Assembly: GCA_037143195.1 (NCBI GenBank)
Contig: JBAWZD010000002.1
Location: forward strand, 207,157 to 271,156
DNA from: a bacterium
GTDB taxonomy: Bacteria; Patescibacteriota; Minisyncoccia; Phycocordibacterales; UBA9973
Direction of reading: 5' to 3'
DNA length: 64,000 nt
The notes beneath the pieces are model-generated. The model was given only the letters and a program-made list of their open reading frames with translations, made no database searches and was not told the DNA's origin. Of this stretch, positions 8,486 through 17,659 are shown piece by piece (position 1 is the stretch's first letter; each line of letters opens with the position of its first letter). The translations under genes and the position numbers were made by a program.

Positions 8486-9327
8486 GGGTTGCATCTCTCG
8501 CACAAGGCAGGCTCTTCAAAAATCTTGTCTTCGCGGGGGACTTCTTTTTCAAGAGCACATTTTTGACATTTTTTAATATATGCACGTGGAGATTCCGTTT
8601 CTTGTTTACAATGGCGACAAAGGAGCCGCCCCTTTGTACCGACAACCACGAAGCCAGGCGTACCGCAGTCGGGACATTCTGATTGAATATTTTTCACAAG
8701 ATCTTCCGTTGCGTTTTGAATATTTTGCATGCGTGTAGGATTCATATGCGCGCGCATGTCTGTCTCAAGGTAGACTTTTTTCGCAAAGAAACCTCGGAGG
8801 AGCGTGTGCACTCTCTGTTCAAGCTCTTCTTGTGTTCGGATTCCTTTATAGAGGGGACGATTACTTTTTTCAGATTTTCGAACGATGAGACCATGCTCCG
8901 GAAATCCGATTTGTTTCGCGAAGGCCCTCGCTTCATCAATGCTCTTCACATATCGGCCAGAAATATTTGTATCCGAAGATCGGGAATGTCCTCGTATCTC
9001 TAGATTGTTTTTCTCATCAACGAGCAAGATAAGTTCAAGATTGGATGGAACAAATGGTATGTTTGGGTCTGATCCAAAGCTACCTTCGCTTGCGATGCCG
9101 AGGTCTGCTCCCATAGTCTTCATGGCTGTTTTGACTTTCAGTCGAGCTGCCTCGAGCTGAGTACCAGTCCTTTTCTTGTCTCGAGTAAATGTGCCAAATT
9201 GGTCGCTATTGAAGTCTTTCGGGACAATCACTTTTACGCCCAACTGCTTTTCAAGGATTGGTGCAATCACTTTTTCTTTTCCATGCATGGTCGCAAGCAC
9301 CAAGATCCTACCAGTAAACATGTCCAT
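8482..9327 (-). CDS. DUF6671-like protein with C-terminal Cys clusters
   Basis: LATMHGKEKVIAP, ASEGSFG, ETDMRAHMNPTRM, several CxxC pairs ending CERCNP. Confidence 0.8.
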   Translation of the reverse strand: MDMFTGRILVLATMHGKEKVIAPILEKQLGVKVIVPKDFNSDQFGTFTRDKKRTGTQLEAARLKVKTAMKTMGADLGIASEGSFGSDPNIPFVPSNLELILLVDEKNNLEIRGHSRSSDTNISGRYVKSIDEARAFAKQIGFPEHGLIVRKSEKSNRPLYKGIRTQEELEQRVHTLLRGFFAKKVYLETDMRAHMNPTRMQNIQNATEDLVKNIQSECPDCGTPGFVVVGTKGRLLCRHCKQETESPRAYIKKCQKCALEKEVPREDKIFEEPALCERCNP

Positions 9328-9361
9328 AGACGCATTGTAGTAAAACACACACAAAAGCTCA

Positions 9362-9577
9362 ATGGTGCTGACGGTCAGTATGTAATTTTTATATAATACA
9401 TTTTTTGTTGTCGTCACCGAGATTCAAAATATAGCTATTGAAATTGCTCTTACGAAACTTCACCCCGAACACGATGAGGCGATTGGCCGAAGCAAAGATT
9501 TAGCTTCGGCCGCTGTGGTGTGGGCATTTGTATTTGGAATTATTAGTCTTGTCTTTGTGCTCTGCCATACATTGTAA
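9362..9577 (+). pseudogene. dgkA: diacylglycerol/undecaprenol kinase remnant
   Basis: Manual translation MVLTVSM*FLYNTFFVVVTEIQNIAIEIALTKLHPEHDEAIGRSKDLASAAVVW...; DgkA E-x2-N-x-AIE and KD-x-A-x-AV motifs; in-frame TAA at 9383; N-terminal half absent. Confidence 0.75.
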
Positions 9578-9597
9578 AATATTTTAATTATTGGTAT

Positions 9598-9634
9598 CAA
9601 AACAAAAAGCACCCATTGGGTGCTTTTTGTTTTG
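9598..9634. terminator. bidirectional terminator
   Basis: 18-bp IR CAAAACAAAAAGCACCCA/TGGGTGCTTTTTGTTTTG. Confidence 0.75.
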
Positions 9635-9663
9635 TATTTGAGGGTACTACGTACCCTTGGTAC

Positions 9664-9870
9664 TTATTTGCGTGCGAGCTTTGGAAGTGTGAATGCTACG
9701 TAGACTGCTGAGAGTCCAACGAGAACATACACGATGCGAGCGAGTACTGACATGTCGCCAAATACTGCGCTGACAAGGTTGAAGTTGAAGGCTCCAACGA
9801 GACCCCAGTTCAAACCACCGACGACGACGAGCACGAGAGCAACCCAATCAAATGTTGTAAGATTTTTCAT
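9664..9870 (-). CDS. DUF378 family membrane protein
   Basis: LVVVGGLNWGLVG..FNLV..RIVYVLVGLSA. Confidence 0.92.
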   Translation of the reverse strand: MKNLTTFDWVALVLVVVGGLNWGLVGAFNFNLVSAVFGDMSVLARIVYVLVGLSAVYVAFTLPKLARK

Positions 9871-10006
9871 ATTTACTTTCTACTAATTAATAATGTATAT
9901 ATTGTAGCATTCTTTTGTCGAAATGGGTGATGGATTTGATTTTGAGCTATAAAAAAACCAAAGCGCACTTTTTGAGTACGCCTTGGGTGAATGATGTCTG
10001 CGTATA

Positions 10007-10366
10007 TTACGCGGGCCGTTGATAGAGGATGATGGTCTCTCCGTTAATATCTCCCGCAAAATCGCGGACGATTTGGAGGCGGTTTTCATTTACGTCGTCT
10101 TCCCATCGTTTGACGAATTCTTCTATCATCAGCGGTTTGAATCTATCCTCGTACAGCGTACGAGCCTCATTACTTGTAAATTCAAACATGTGTAGTCTAA
10201 AAATCGCCCCGCTATCATTTGCTGGAACCATTTTGTAGCTCACACTCTGGAAGCAGTCGGTTTTCCACATTTTTGGAAAGTGGTCTTCAGTGAACCACTG
10301 CTGAACATCGTTTTGTTTTTCCTTATCAAACGTAAGTAAAACACTGTAATTGAACCCTGTTAACAC
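10007..10366 (-). CDS. DUF4286-like dimeric alpha-beta barrel protein
   Basis: YSVLLTFD..QWFTEDHFPKMWKTDCF pattern; GTG start preceded by strong SD AAGGAGG. Confidence 0.55.
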   Translation of the reverse strand: MLTGFNYSVLLTFDKEKQNDVQQWFTEDHFPKMWKTDCFQSVSYKMVPANDSGAIFRLHMFEFTSNEARTLYEDRFKPLMIEEFVKRWEDDVNENRLQIVRDFAGDINGETIILYQRPA

Positions 10367-10517
10367 TATGCCCCTCCTCCTTTAGGGTGGCTTTTTGTTT
10401 AATCTTAAATTAACACAGAATAATATATATTCAAATACCACTGTTACGCTTGTGGCAGAGTCTCGGTACTGTATAATGCGGACGCGACAAGTCTTAAAAA
10501 TAACAAGGATAAAAAGT

Positions 10518-10931
10518 ATGAAAAAATATAGTAACGTGCTTTTAAAAATTGTGTTTAGTCTCATACTGCTCATCCCAATATTGGGAGCGGTGCATGTATT
10601 CCCAGCACCAACACAAGAGATGTATAACAACCCGCGATCATTTGCGTTCATTCAGATGCTCATGGATTCTGCTTCATACATAAATTATATTATGGCCTTT
10701 GTATTTGGTCTGTCTCTCGTACTCGTCTGGACCAAGCGCATGGCACTCGCTGCGCTTTTGGTGCTACCAATTACCGTTAATATTGTAGCCTTTCATGCGT
10801 TTCTTGATGGGGGATTGATTACTTCAGGAGCTATTCCTGGTGTCGTGTTTGCTGTACTAAACGGTTACTTTTTGTGGCAACAGCGAGCAGCGTATTCTCA
10901 ACTATTTGCATATTGGAGCGATACGGATTAG
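10518..10931 (+). CDS. DoxX-like membrane protein
   Basis: 4 TM segments; LAALLVLPITVNIVAFHAFLD. Confidence 0.7.
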   Translation: MKKYSNVLLKIVFSLILLIPILGAVHVFPAPTQEMYNNPRSFAFIQMLMDSASYINYIMAFVFGLSLVLVWTKRMALAALLVLPITVNIVAFHAFLDGGLITSGAIPGVVFAVLNGYFLWQQRAAYSQLFAYWSDTD

Positions 10932-10950
10932 ATTGAAGAAAATCGTTTCT

Positions 10951-11382
10951 ATGGCATTTAAACTAAAAAAGCACGATGTGCACATTACTTCACAGCATCC
11001 CCAAGTCATGATGACAGGGAAGAAGACATTGGACCACATCGATCCAGATAGTGGTCTCTCTACGATATATTACGACACCTTGCTCGGTGTCGTGACGATT
11101 GCAAAAAGCTGCAACGTGAAGGATTGTCGTAAGATTATTCGGGTCACGAAATGGAAGCCCGTTACCTATGGTGAAAGGTTCAAAAAATTTGGTAAGGTTG
11201 AGACCGATAAAAATCGTCTCAATATCCAACGGTTGGACCGAGAAGTATTTATTTTTTCGGAGCGACTTATCGGCGATCGGCTACGTAAGCTGACAATGAA
11301 AGAAATAAAATTATTTTTGAATTCGATTCAACAAATAATTGAACCAAACGGCACAAAATTTTTCCCAGAAGAAAGTAGTTGA
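10951..11382 (+). CDS. basic hypothetical protein
   Basis: ORF 10906..11382 with likely ATG at 10951; followed by terminator. Confidence 0.55.
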   Translation: MAFKLKKHDVHITSQHPQVMMTGKKTLDHIDPDSGLSTIYYDTLLGVVTIAKSCNVKDCRKIIRVTKWKPVTYGERFKKFGKVETDKNRLNIQRLDREVFIFSERLIGDRLRKLTMKEIKLFLNSIQQIIEPNGTKFFPEESS

Positions 11383-11402
11383 GTTATAAACTCAACTACT
11401 TT
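11372..11402. terminator. bidirectional terminator
   Basis: 14-bp IR AAAGTAGTTGAGTT/AACTCAACTACTTT. Confidence 0.65.
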
Positions 11403-11434
11403 TGCGTTTCCTCGCACTTTGAGTCGGGGGCAAC

Positions 11435-12121
11435 CTAGAGAGTTTCCTTATGGAACGAATACCGCGCCATGATTAGCTTATCAATCACGAGTGACGGCAC
11501 GATGCTGAGTATCTGAGTGAGGATGAGCATAAAGACGCCAATACGAATTGAAAGGAAGGAGACGGCCAATGCAAGGAGGTCACTTCCGATAGAGAAGCTC
11601 ATGCGTGATTTGAAACGAAAGATGATGGCGTCTGTTGCGTTGGTGACCACAAGTGTTTGCTTGTCTGTCGCGTACCACCAATGGAGATATAGAATACTTG
11701 TACATACAATGAGGTTGAGTCCATAGAAAATGACGGCCAAAATGTCCGCTGGATATGTCGCAAGCAAGTCGGTGAAGAAAGGGACTAGAACGATGAACAT
11801 GAAAAAGAAAATGTTTATCCAAAGAAACGTACGGTTCGAACGTTGGATCCAATTGTATTGATTGTGGTGTGCGACCCACAAGACTCCGAGACCGATGAAT
11901 GAGAGGACATAGATAATGAATTGCGGAATGAGTCCGACCAGTACGTGTCCGGCTGTACCGAGGGGTTCAGTCGTCGTCGGTAGACGAAAGTTCAACACGA
12001 GGAGTGTCATCGCAAAGGCGAAAATACTATCACCAAGCGCTTGAATTCGGTCCGTGGTCAATCCTGCCGATTGGATAAGTTGTTGGGTGTCGTCGCTTGT
12101 TTGGGTTTTGTTTTTCCACAT
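11435..12121 (-). CDS. TMEM175 family potassium channel (DUF1211)
   Basis: RIQALGDSIFAFAMTLLVL, WVAHH, 6 TM. Confidence 0.88.
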   Translation of the reverse strand: MWKNKTQTSDDTQQLIQSAGLTTDRIQALGDSIFAFAMTLLVLNFRLPTTTEPLGTAGHVLVGLIPQFIIYVLSFIGLGVLWVAHHNQYNWIQRSNRTFLWINIFFFMFIVLVPFFTDLLATYPADILAVIFYGLNLIVCTSILYLHWWYATDKQTLVVTNATDAIIFRFKSRMSFSIGSDLLALAVSFLSIRIGVFMLILTQILSIVPSLVIDKLIMARYSFHKETL

Positions 12122-12155
12122 TTTTCTAGTATACGGGTGCTATACTTTGATTGCA

Positions 12156-12635
12156 ATGAAAGCAATTGAGGAAAAAAGAATATTTGTTGTCTACGAGCTC
12201 GGACTCGTGTTGAAGGCAGTGCAGGCTTTTTTGGAGATTGTTGCCGGCGTGCTTTTTTATTTCATCAACACAAATTCCATCACGACGTTTGTGCTTACTG
12301 TTGCACACGGTGAGCTCACGGAAACTCCGAGAGACTTTTTGTCGAATTTGCTTGCGAACGGTGTGACTCAGCTCAGTACTGCAAGCAAATTTTTTATTGT
12401 ATTTTATTTACTGTCTCACGGCATCATCAAACTCGGCATCATCATCGGGCTCTATCTCAAGAAAAAATGGGCGTTTCCCGTGGCTCTCATCGGGTTTGGG
12501 GGACTGCTCCTGTATGAAGTATATTGCGTGATTGTGAGCTACTCACTATCACTCTCGCTATTCATCCTGATGGATATCGTCATTTTGTGGCTCGTCGTGC
12601 GTGAGCACTATGTTCCAAAACGATACCTCAATTAA
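12156..12635 (+). CDS. DUF2127 family membrane protein
   Basis: GLVLKAVQAFLEIVAG, ELTETPRDFL, FYLLSHGIIKL. Confidence 0.8.
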   Translation: MKAIEEKRIFVVYELGLVLKAVQAFLEIVAGVLFYFINTNSITTFVLTVAHGELTETPRDFLSNLLANGVTQLSTASKFFIVFYLLSHGIIKLGIIIGLYLKKKWAFPVALIGFGGLLLYEVYCVIVSYSLSLSLFILMDIVILWLVVREHYVPKRYLN

Positions 12636-12679
12636 AAAGAGTTTTTTATGTTGTTACGTGATTTGGTATACTTATAAGT

Positions 12680-13210
12680 ATGACTAATGAAAATCCTCAG
12701 AAGCTATGGCGAGGGCATAAGTATGTCGCGTCTCCAAGTGAATTGAATGCTGAACATCCTCCGTTCAAAATGGATTCAACTCTGGACGTTGATGAAGGTA
12801 TGCTTGGCGATGTTGAGGCAGAAGACTCCTTACACCGAGAAATAAAAAATATTGAAGCAGAAGTTTCTCCCGAAGAAATCGATTCTATCCATGATGAAAT
12901 TCACAAGGAGCATTTTAAGCGTTTTCAAAAAGACACGACTCTCGGCAAAGATGACGATGGTTATGAAAAAGTCGAATTAGCCAAAAAGAAACGCTGGGCT
13001 GAATTGGTCGAGGCGGACAAGATCAAGCTCGATACTGAAGAAATTTTTAACGACAATCAAAAACCAAAATCGCTTGGGCAGTGGGATTCTCTTGATGAGA
13101 ATGACAAAAAAGGATTTTTTGAGGCAAAAAAAGTACAAGATATCCTCAATGTGCTAAAAGGCAAAACGGTAGTGCAACGATGGTTTCGTGGAGGAAATAA
13201 AAATAAATAG
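12680..13210 (+). CDS. charged hypothetical protein
   Basis: 176-aa ORF; TATACT 7 nt before ATG. Confidence 0.7.
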   Translation: MTNENPQKLWRGHKYVASPSELNAEHPPFKMDSTLDVDEGMLGDVEAEDSLHREIKNIEAEVSPEEIDSIHDEIHKEHFKRFQKDTTLGKDDDGYEKVELAKKKRWAELVEADKIKLDTEEIFNDNQKPKSLGQWDSLDENDKKGFFEAKKVQDILNVLKGKTVVQRWFRGGNKNK

Positions 13211-13220
13211 TGCAATAGAG

Positions 13221-13252
13221 AAAACAGCACGACCGATGGGGCGTGCTGTTTT
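13221..13252. terminator. bidirectional terminator
   Basis: 11-bp IR AAAACAGCACG/CGTGCTGTTTT between convergent genes. Confidence 0.7.
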
Positions 13253-13270
13253 GTGATAATTCGTTGGTGT

Positions 13271-13741
13271 TCACTGAATGAGAAGAGTGATTTTCTTGTA
13301 CACCATTTCGATTTTTTTTCTAATAGAAATCTCCGGATTGTAGAGGTTGTCTAGAAGCATAACATCAGCAGTTGATGTCGTGGGCGTTAGTCCCGACTGG
13401 AGCAAAACGGATAGCTCAATGTCTACTTGGAAACCTTTTTTTGAGATTTGCGCTGATTGTTTCGTGGCGCATGACGAAGTGATTAATCCAAGGTCGACGA
13501 TGAGTTGAAATACATTTGCGGAAGGGTTTAATTTTACATGGAAAATAATTTCACCTTCCGGAATGATTCGTTGCTTCTCAGCAATGACAGCCTTTCTCAT
13601 CAAAGCTTTCGATTCTTTTGATGAATAATATTGAGACAGTATGCTCACTGCCTTCATTTGTGCGACAACGAGGTCTCGCACTTCAGTTTCGAGAGCTCCA
13701 TTCTGCTCGAGGAGCCCCTTTAGTTTTTCAACGTACTTCAT
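13271..13741 (-). CDS. orphan hypothetical protein
   Basis: 156-aa ORF with A-rich leader; preceded by attenuator-like region. Confidence 0.7.
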   Translation of the reverse strand: MKYVEKLKGLLEQNGALETEVRDLVVAQMKAVSILSQYYSSKESKALMRKAVIAEKQRIIPEGEIIFHVKLNPSANVFQLIVDLGLITSSCATKQSAQISKKGFQVDIELSVLLQSGLTPTTSTADVMLLDNLYNPEISIRKKIEMVYKKITLLIQ

Positions 13742-13764
13742 ATTTTTTTGGTTTTGAAAGAATT

Positions 13765-13884
13765 AAAAAATCGGCCTCAAGGGCCGATGTTTGAACTTGT
13801 TGTGAAGTGGAACTAAATACAAGCATCGGCCATTGAAGAGTGGTCGTTCTGCTGCTGCATACTAGTAGCGCGTGTGTATTTCAT
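13765..13884 (-). promoter_or_regulatory. leader-peptide transcription attenuator (uORF MKYTRATSMQQQNDHSSMADACI plus terminator/antiterminator)
   Basis: uORF 13813-13884; terminator ATCGGCC-N5-GGCCGAT-TTTTT; upstream GGCCGATG complementary to the terminator 5' arm. Confidence 0.55.
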
Positions 13885-13928
13885 TCCTAACCGACTATAG
13901 CATATAATAGGTCTTCAAATCAAAAAAT

Positions 13929-14789
13929 ATGAAAAAAATTATTGCCAAACTGAAGAATGACCAGAACGTAACGGTATTTCCGGATGCAGAGATCGAGGGA
14001 CTCAAAGATGTCTACAAAATCCCAAAAATAACGCTTGCCATACCATTTGAAGTGGATACCCGAGCGCTCGCAGAAGGTGAGTGGTATTTTGTCGTGCTCA
14101 CCGAAGAAGAAAAAGAAGAGATGCTCGGCGGATATGTATCCGAAAGTAGCGGTGCTTTGCTTGATATGATTAGTCCGGATCATTACACCGAAATCAAAGC
14201 ACTGTACGCCGTCGCTGGAGCTGAAATTTTGTTTACCAAAGTCACATCGCGTCAGGTTGCGCGCGCCCAAAAATATATTGCGTTCAACGAGAAGCCTGAG
14301 CTTGTTCAGCAAGGTAATACGCTCGTGCTCACGGGCCAAGTCGATGCGTATTGGAATGGATCACTGCTCTATTTCAAAAAATTCACATTCATTCGTTCGC
14401 TCTTCCCAGGGATTCACAAAATGTACAAACAAATCACAGAAGAAGGTACGAATGCATTTCTCTCAAGTCCAATGTTCGAATTGCAGTCTGAAATGAGTAG
14501 CGATGTCATTGGACTCGGGAACAGGCGCAAGATTGTGTCGATTGTTTTGGACAAGACGATCGATCTCAATGATCCAATGACCTATGGCAAATATCTCACT
14601 TACGCGATGCAGTATGATTTGGGTCTTGAGATTGAGAGCGGGAAGATTGCGCTCGTCAACAACACTGATATCGGCAAAGTCATCAGTCTTCTCAGTGAGA
14701 AATTCTATACTACAGAAGTCACCGGTGAAAAACGTGAAATCCGTACGAGTCGCAAATTGGCCCCAGTTAAGAAAAAACAAGGAAAATAG
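13929..14789 (+). CDS. Kiwa anti-phage KwaB-like protein (DUF4868-related)
   Basis: Recognised pattern FTKVT..VDAYW..LYFKKF..IRSLFPGI..Y..FL..NRRKI..EKFYTTEVTGEKR. Confidence 0.6.
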   Translation: MKKIIAKLKNDQNVTVFPDAEIEGLKDVYKIPKITLAIPFEVDTRALAEGEWYFVVLTEEEKEEMLGGYVSESSGALLDMISPDHYTEIKALYAVAGAEILFTKVTSRQVARAQKYIAFNEKPELVQQGNTLVLTGQVDAYWNGSLLYFKKFTFIRSLFPGIHKMYKQITEEGTNAFLSSPMFELQSEMSSDVIGLGNRRKIVSIVLDKTIDLNDPMTYGKYLTYAMQYDLGLEIESGKIALVNNTDIGKVISLLSEKFYTTEVTGEKREIRTSRKLAPVKKKQGK

Positions 14790-14804
14790 TATACTTACAA
14801 TCAT

Positions 14805-15224
14805 ATGATTTCAATCAATATTGTTGCAGTGGTGGTGTCTGCGGTTGTCGCCTTTGTGCTCGGATTTTTGTTTCATGGTCCGCTTCTTGGAAAATTGTGG
14901 ATGAAGCTTGCGAACATTCACCCAACGGGAAACGAAAAATTGTCAGACATGGTCCCGCAAATGGTGGGGAATATAGTTTCAAATATTGTTACTGCTTTTG
15001 TTCTCGCAATTATGTATCGATTTGTTGCGACATCGCCACTTTCTGGTGGACCAGGTGCATGGACGGGGGTAGTGTCTGCGCTTTGGGTTTGGATTGGCTT
15101 CTTGGTGACATCAAGTTCGATCGAGGTGCTTTGGATGGGTCGTAGCGTCAAGTTGTGGCTCTTTGAGGTTGGTTGTTCTCTTGTGGTCATGGTTACCATG
15201 GGAGCAATTATCGGTAGTTGGTAG
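14805..15224 (+). CDS. DUF1761 family membrane protein
   Basis: AVVAFVLGFLFHGPLLGKLWM, 4 TM, MGAIIG end. Confidence 0.85.
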   Translation: MISINIVAVVVSAVVAFVLGFLFHGPLLGKLWMKLANIHPTGNEKLSDMVPQMVGNIVSNIVTAFVLAIMYRFVATSPLSGGPGAWTGVVSALWVWIGFLVTSSSIEVLWMGRSVKLWLFEVGCSLVVMVTMGAIIGSW

Positions 15225-15237
15225 TAGAATACCAAGT

Positions 15238-15879
15238 ATGGAGAAAGCACTCGACCCGAATATCTACTGTACGCTCTATCTCATTCGTCACGGTGAGACT
15301 GAGTGGAATGTGAAGCAGTTGATACAAGGTCACGCAGATTCTCCGCTGACAGCGCTCGGAATCGAACAGGTGACAGAGAGGGCGAATGCGCTTGCCGATG
15401 TTCATTTTGATGCTATTTTTTCGTCTGATTCTGCACGAGCAGTTCAGACAGCTCAGATTATAAAATTGGATAGAGAGATTGTCGTGCAAGCGTCACACCT
15501 TTTGCGTGAGCGAAGTCATGGTCAATACGAGGGACTTCATTATGATGAGTATCGCGAACGACTCAAAGACAAACTTGCCGAACGTGATCGACTGCCACTT
15601 GATGAACAAGAAACATGCAAGATCGACGACATAGAAAGTGACGATGAGCTCATGTCGCGTGTCATTCTACAACTTCGTGAGATTGCGCTTGCGTATCCTT
15701 CGAAAACTGTGGCTGTCGTGACGCACGGCGGATGCCTGTATGCGCTCCTCGTTCGTCTTGGCTACGCAAAACGTAACGAGCTTACGTGGTCGTCGATCAA
15801 AAACGCTGCGTGTGTCACCGTCCGTTCTGACGGAGTAAATTTTTTTGTAGGGGATATGTGGGGCGTGCACAAAATATAA
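15238..15879 (+). CDS. histidine phosphatase family protein
   Basis: LIRHGETEWN, FSSDSARAVQTA, VVTHGG. Confidence 0.92.
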   Translation: MEKALDPNIYCTLYLIRHGETEWNVKQLIQGHADSPLTALGIEQVTERANALADVHFDAIFSSDSARAVQTAQIIKLDREIVVQASHLLRERSHGQYEGLHYDEYRERLKDKLAERDRLPLDEQETCKIDDIESDDELMSRVILQLREIALAYPSKTVAVVTHGGCLYALLVRLGYAKRNELTWSSIKNAACVTVRSDGVNFFVGDMWGVHKI

Positions 15880-15945
15880 TCACATGATGACATTTATAAA
15901 AAAAGAAATTGTTTTTTTATTGTCGAATCAGTATTGATGCTCGGT

Positions 15946-16869
15946 ATGATGATTAAAACACCTAAGCAGGTACTTATTATAGGAGGTTCAGGATTCATCG
16001 GCACAAAGCTTGCCGATGCGTTGCTTGAGCGTGGCAGTCACGTCGTGATTGCTGATTTGGTTCCGCCGCGCGTGATTGACCCGCGTGTTATTTTTCATAA
16101 GGTAAACTTCATTGAAGACACGATTGATCCGAGTATTTTTGAAGGATGCGATGCCGTCATCAATCTTGCCGGAGCTCCAATCAGCAAGCGCTGGACTCGC
16201 GAGTACAAAAAGGTGATGTACGCGAGCCGCATCATGACGACGCGAAAGATTGTTGCGTTGCTAGGCCAACTTGAAACGAAACCACACGTCCTCGTGAATG
16301 CATCAGCGTCTGGATTCTACGGCGATTGCAAAGAAGTGTTGCTTAGCGAAGACCATGTATGCGGAGCGGATTTTTTGGCGGAACTGTGTCGCGATTGGGA
16401 AGCGGAAGCTCTGAAAGCGGAATCTTTTGGGGTGCGTGTCGTCTGCGTGAGAACGGCCAACGTGCTTGGTCCAGGTGGACTCCTCACGACACTCACACCG
16501 CTCTTCAAAAAAGGACTGGGTGGATATTTTGGTAGTGGCGCACAGCGCATGCCGTGGATACATTGGAGAGATATTGTTCGTGTGTATTTGTTTGCACTCG
16601 ATAGGGAGATTGCGGGTCCAGTGAATGTTGGCGCAGGAAATACGCCCACGCAAAAAGAATTGTTTCGGGCATTACAAAAATCAATCCACGCACCATTTCT
16701 GTGGCGGATTCCATATTTCGTTGCACGTATCGTGATTGGAGAATTTGCAGAGGCGCTCGTCGGAAGTCAGAATACTGATTCACAAAAATTGCGCGATGCT
16801 GGATTCGTCCATGAATTTTCAAATAGCGATCAAGCACTAGATGATATTGTTCGTGCATCGAGCTCATAG
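15946..16869 (+). CDS. TIGR01777 (YfcH-like) NAD-dependent epimerase family
   Basis: GGSGFIG, VINLAGAPI..RW, SASGFYG, MPWIH. Confidence 0.92.
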   Translation: MMIKTPKQVLIIGGSGFIGTKLADALLERGSHVVIADLVPPRVIDPRVIFHKVNFIEDTIDPSIFEGCDAVINLAGAPISKRWTREYKKVMYASRIMTTRKIVALLGQLETKPHVLVNASASGFYGDCKEVLLSEDHVCGADFLAELCRDWEAEALKAESFGVRVVCVRTANVLGPGGLLTTLTPLFKKGLGGYFGSGAQRMPWIHWRDIVRVYLFALDREIAGPVNVGAGNTPTQKELFRALQKSIHAPFLWRIPYFVARIVIGEFAEALVGSQNTDSQKLRDAGFVHEFSNSDQALDDIVRASSS

Positions 16870-16952
16870 CTCGGGGAAGTGATACTCCTTATTCAGATCA
16901 CAATCTTTGATTCTGATCTAGATAAGGAGGGTGATAAATCACCCTCAACTTC

Positions 16953-17240
16953 TTAAACTTTTTGTGCTAGCCATGAAGTGATGTCAATATGAAACGTATT
17001 GACGTGTTTGGTCGCCTTCAAACTGCCCTTAGGACAATTGAAAGTCTTCACGAACACTTCCTCAGCCTCTTGAGAAAGTGTTTCATAGTTACTCCCAACC
17101 TTGAGAGTCACTTTGAACGTTCCTGGCTTTGATTGTGAATGTGTAGCACATATACAATCTTTGGCTGAAAATGCCTGTTCAACCTTTTCTTTGGCGATTC
17201 TGAGACGATACCGCTGATCTACTTCTAACGTATATTGCAT
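16953..17240 (-). CDS. small orphan protein
   Basis: 95-aa ORF; own minus-strand promoter TTGACA-N17-TTTAAT near 17281-17309; hairpins downstream. Confidence 0.6.
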   Translation of the reverse strand: MQYTLEVDQRYRLRIAKEKVEQAFSAKDCICATHSQSKPGTFKVTLKVGSNYETLSQEAEEVFVKTFNCPKGSLKATKHVNTFHIDITSWLAQKV

Positions 17241-17337
17241 TGTGTCCCCTTTTTTGGTTTTAAATTTTCGGGTTAATTATATTAAAGCATTTTAATTCAA
17301 TATTGTCAAATTCTGTATATCGTGTATACTCGTATGT

Positions 17338-17574
17338 ATGATATATATCGACGTGCGAACGAAGGGGGAGCATGATATGGGTTCAGTTGCCGGAGCGATC
17401 CACCATGACATTATGGAAATGATGCAAGGGGTATTTCCTGACGTCCCGAAGGACACGGAGATAACGCTTTTTTGTGAGTCAGGCAATCGTTCGATGATGG
17501 CGTGCTCACTCATGGAACAGGCCGGATTCACTCACGTGACAGACGGAGGAAGTATTGAAAACTTCCGCGCATAA
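17338..17574 (+). CDS. single-domain rhodanese-like protein
   Basis: IDVRT..E, LFCESGNRS. Confidence 0.9.
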   Translation: MIYIDVRTKGEHDMGSVAGAIHHDIMEMMQGVFPDVPKDTEITLFCESGNRSMMACSLMEQAGFTHVTDGGSIENFRA

Positions 17575-17659
17575 GACACAAAACCCTTCTCGCTATTGCT
17601 TTTTGGACGATAAACCACTAAGCTCGAGGGACACTACTAATATAACCTATTGAAGTTTT

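Noticed and set aside
16884-16946. Two adjacent hairpins between convergent genes as another Y element
   Set aside because: They lack the long A/T-tract arms and GC-rich two-hairpin core; ordinary convergent terminators are sufficient.
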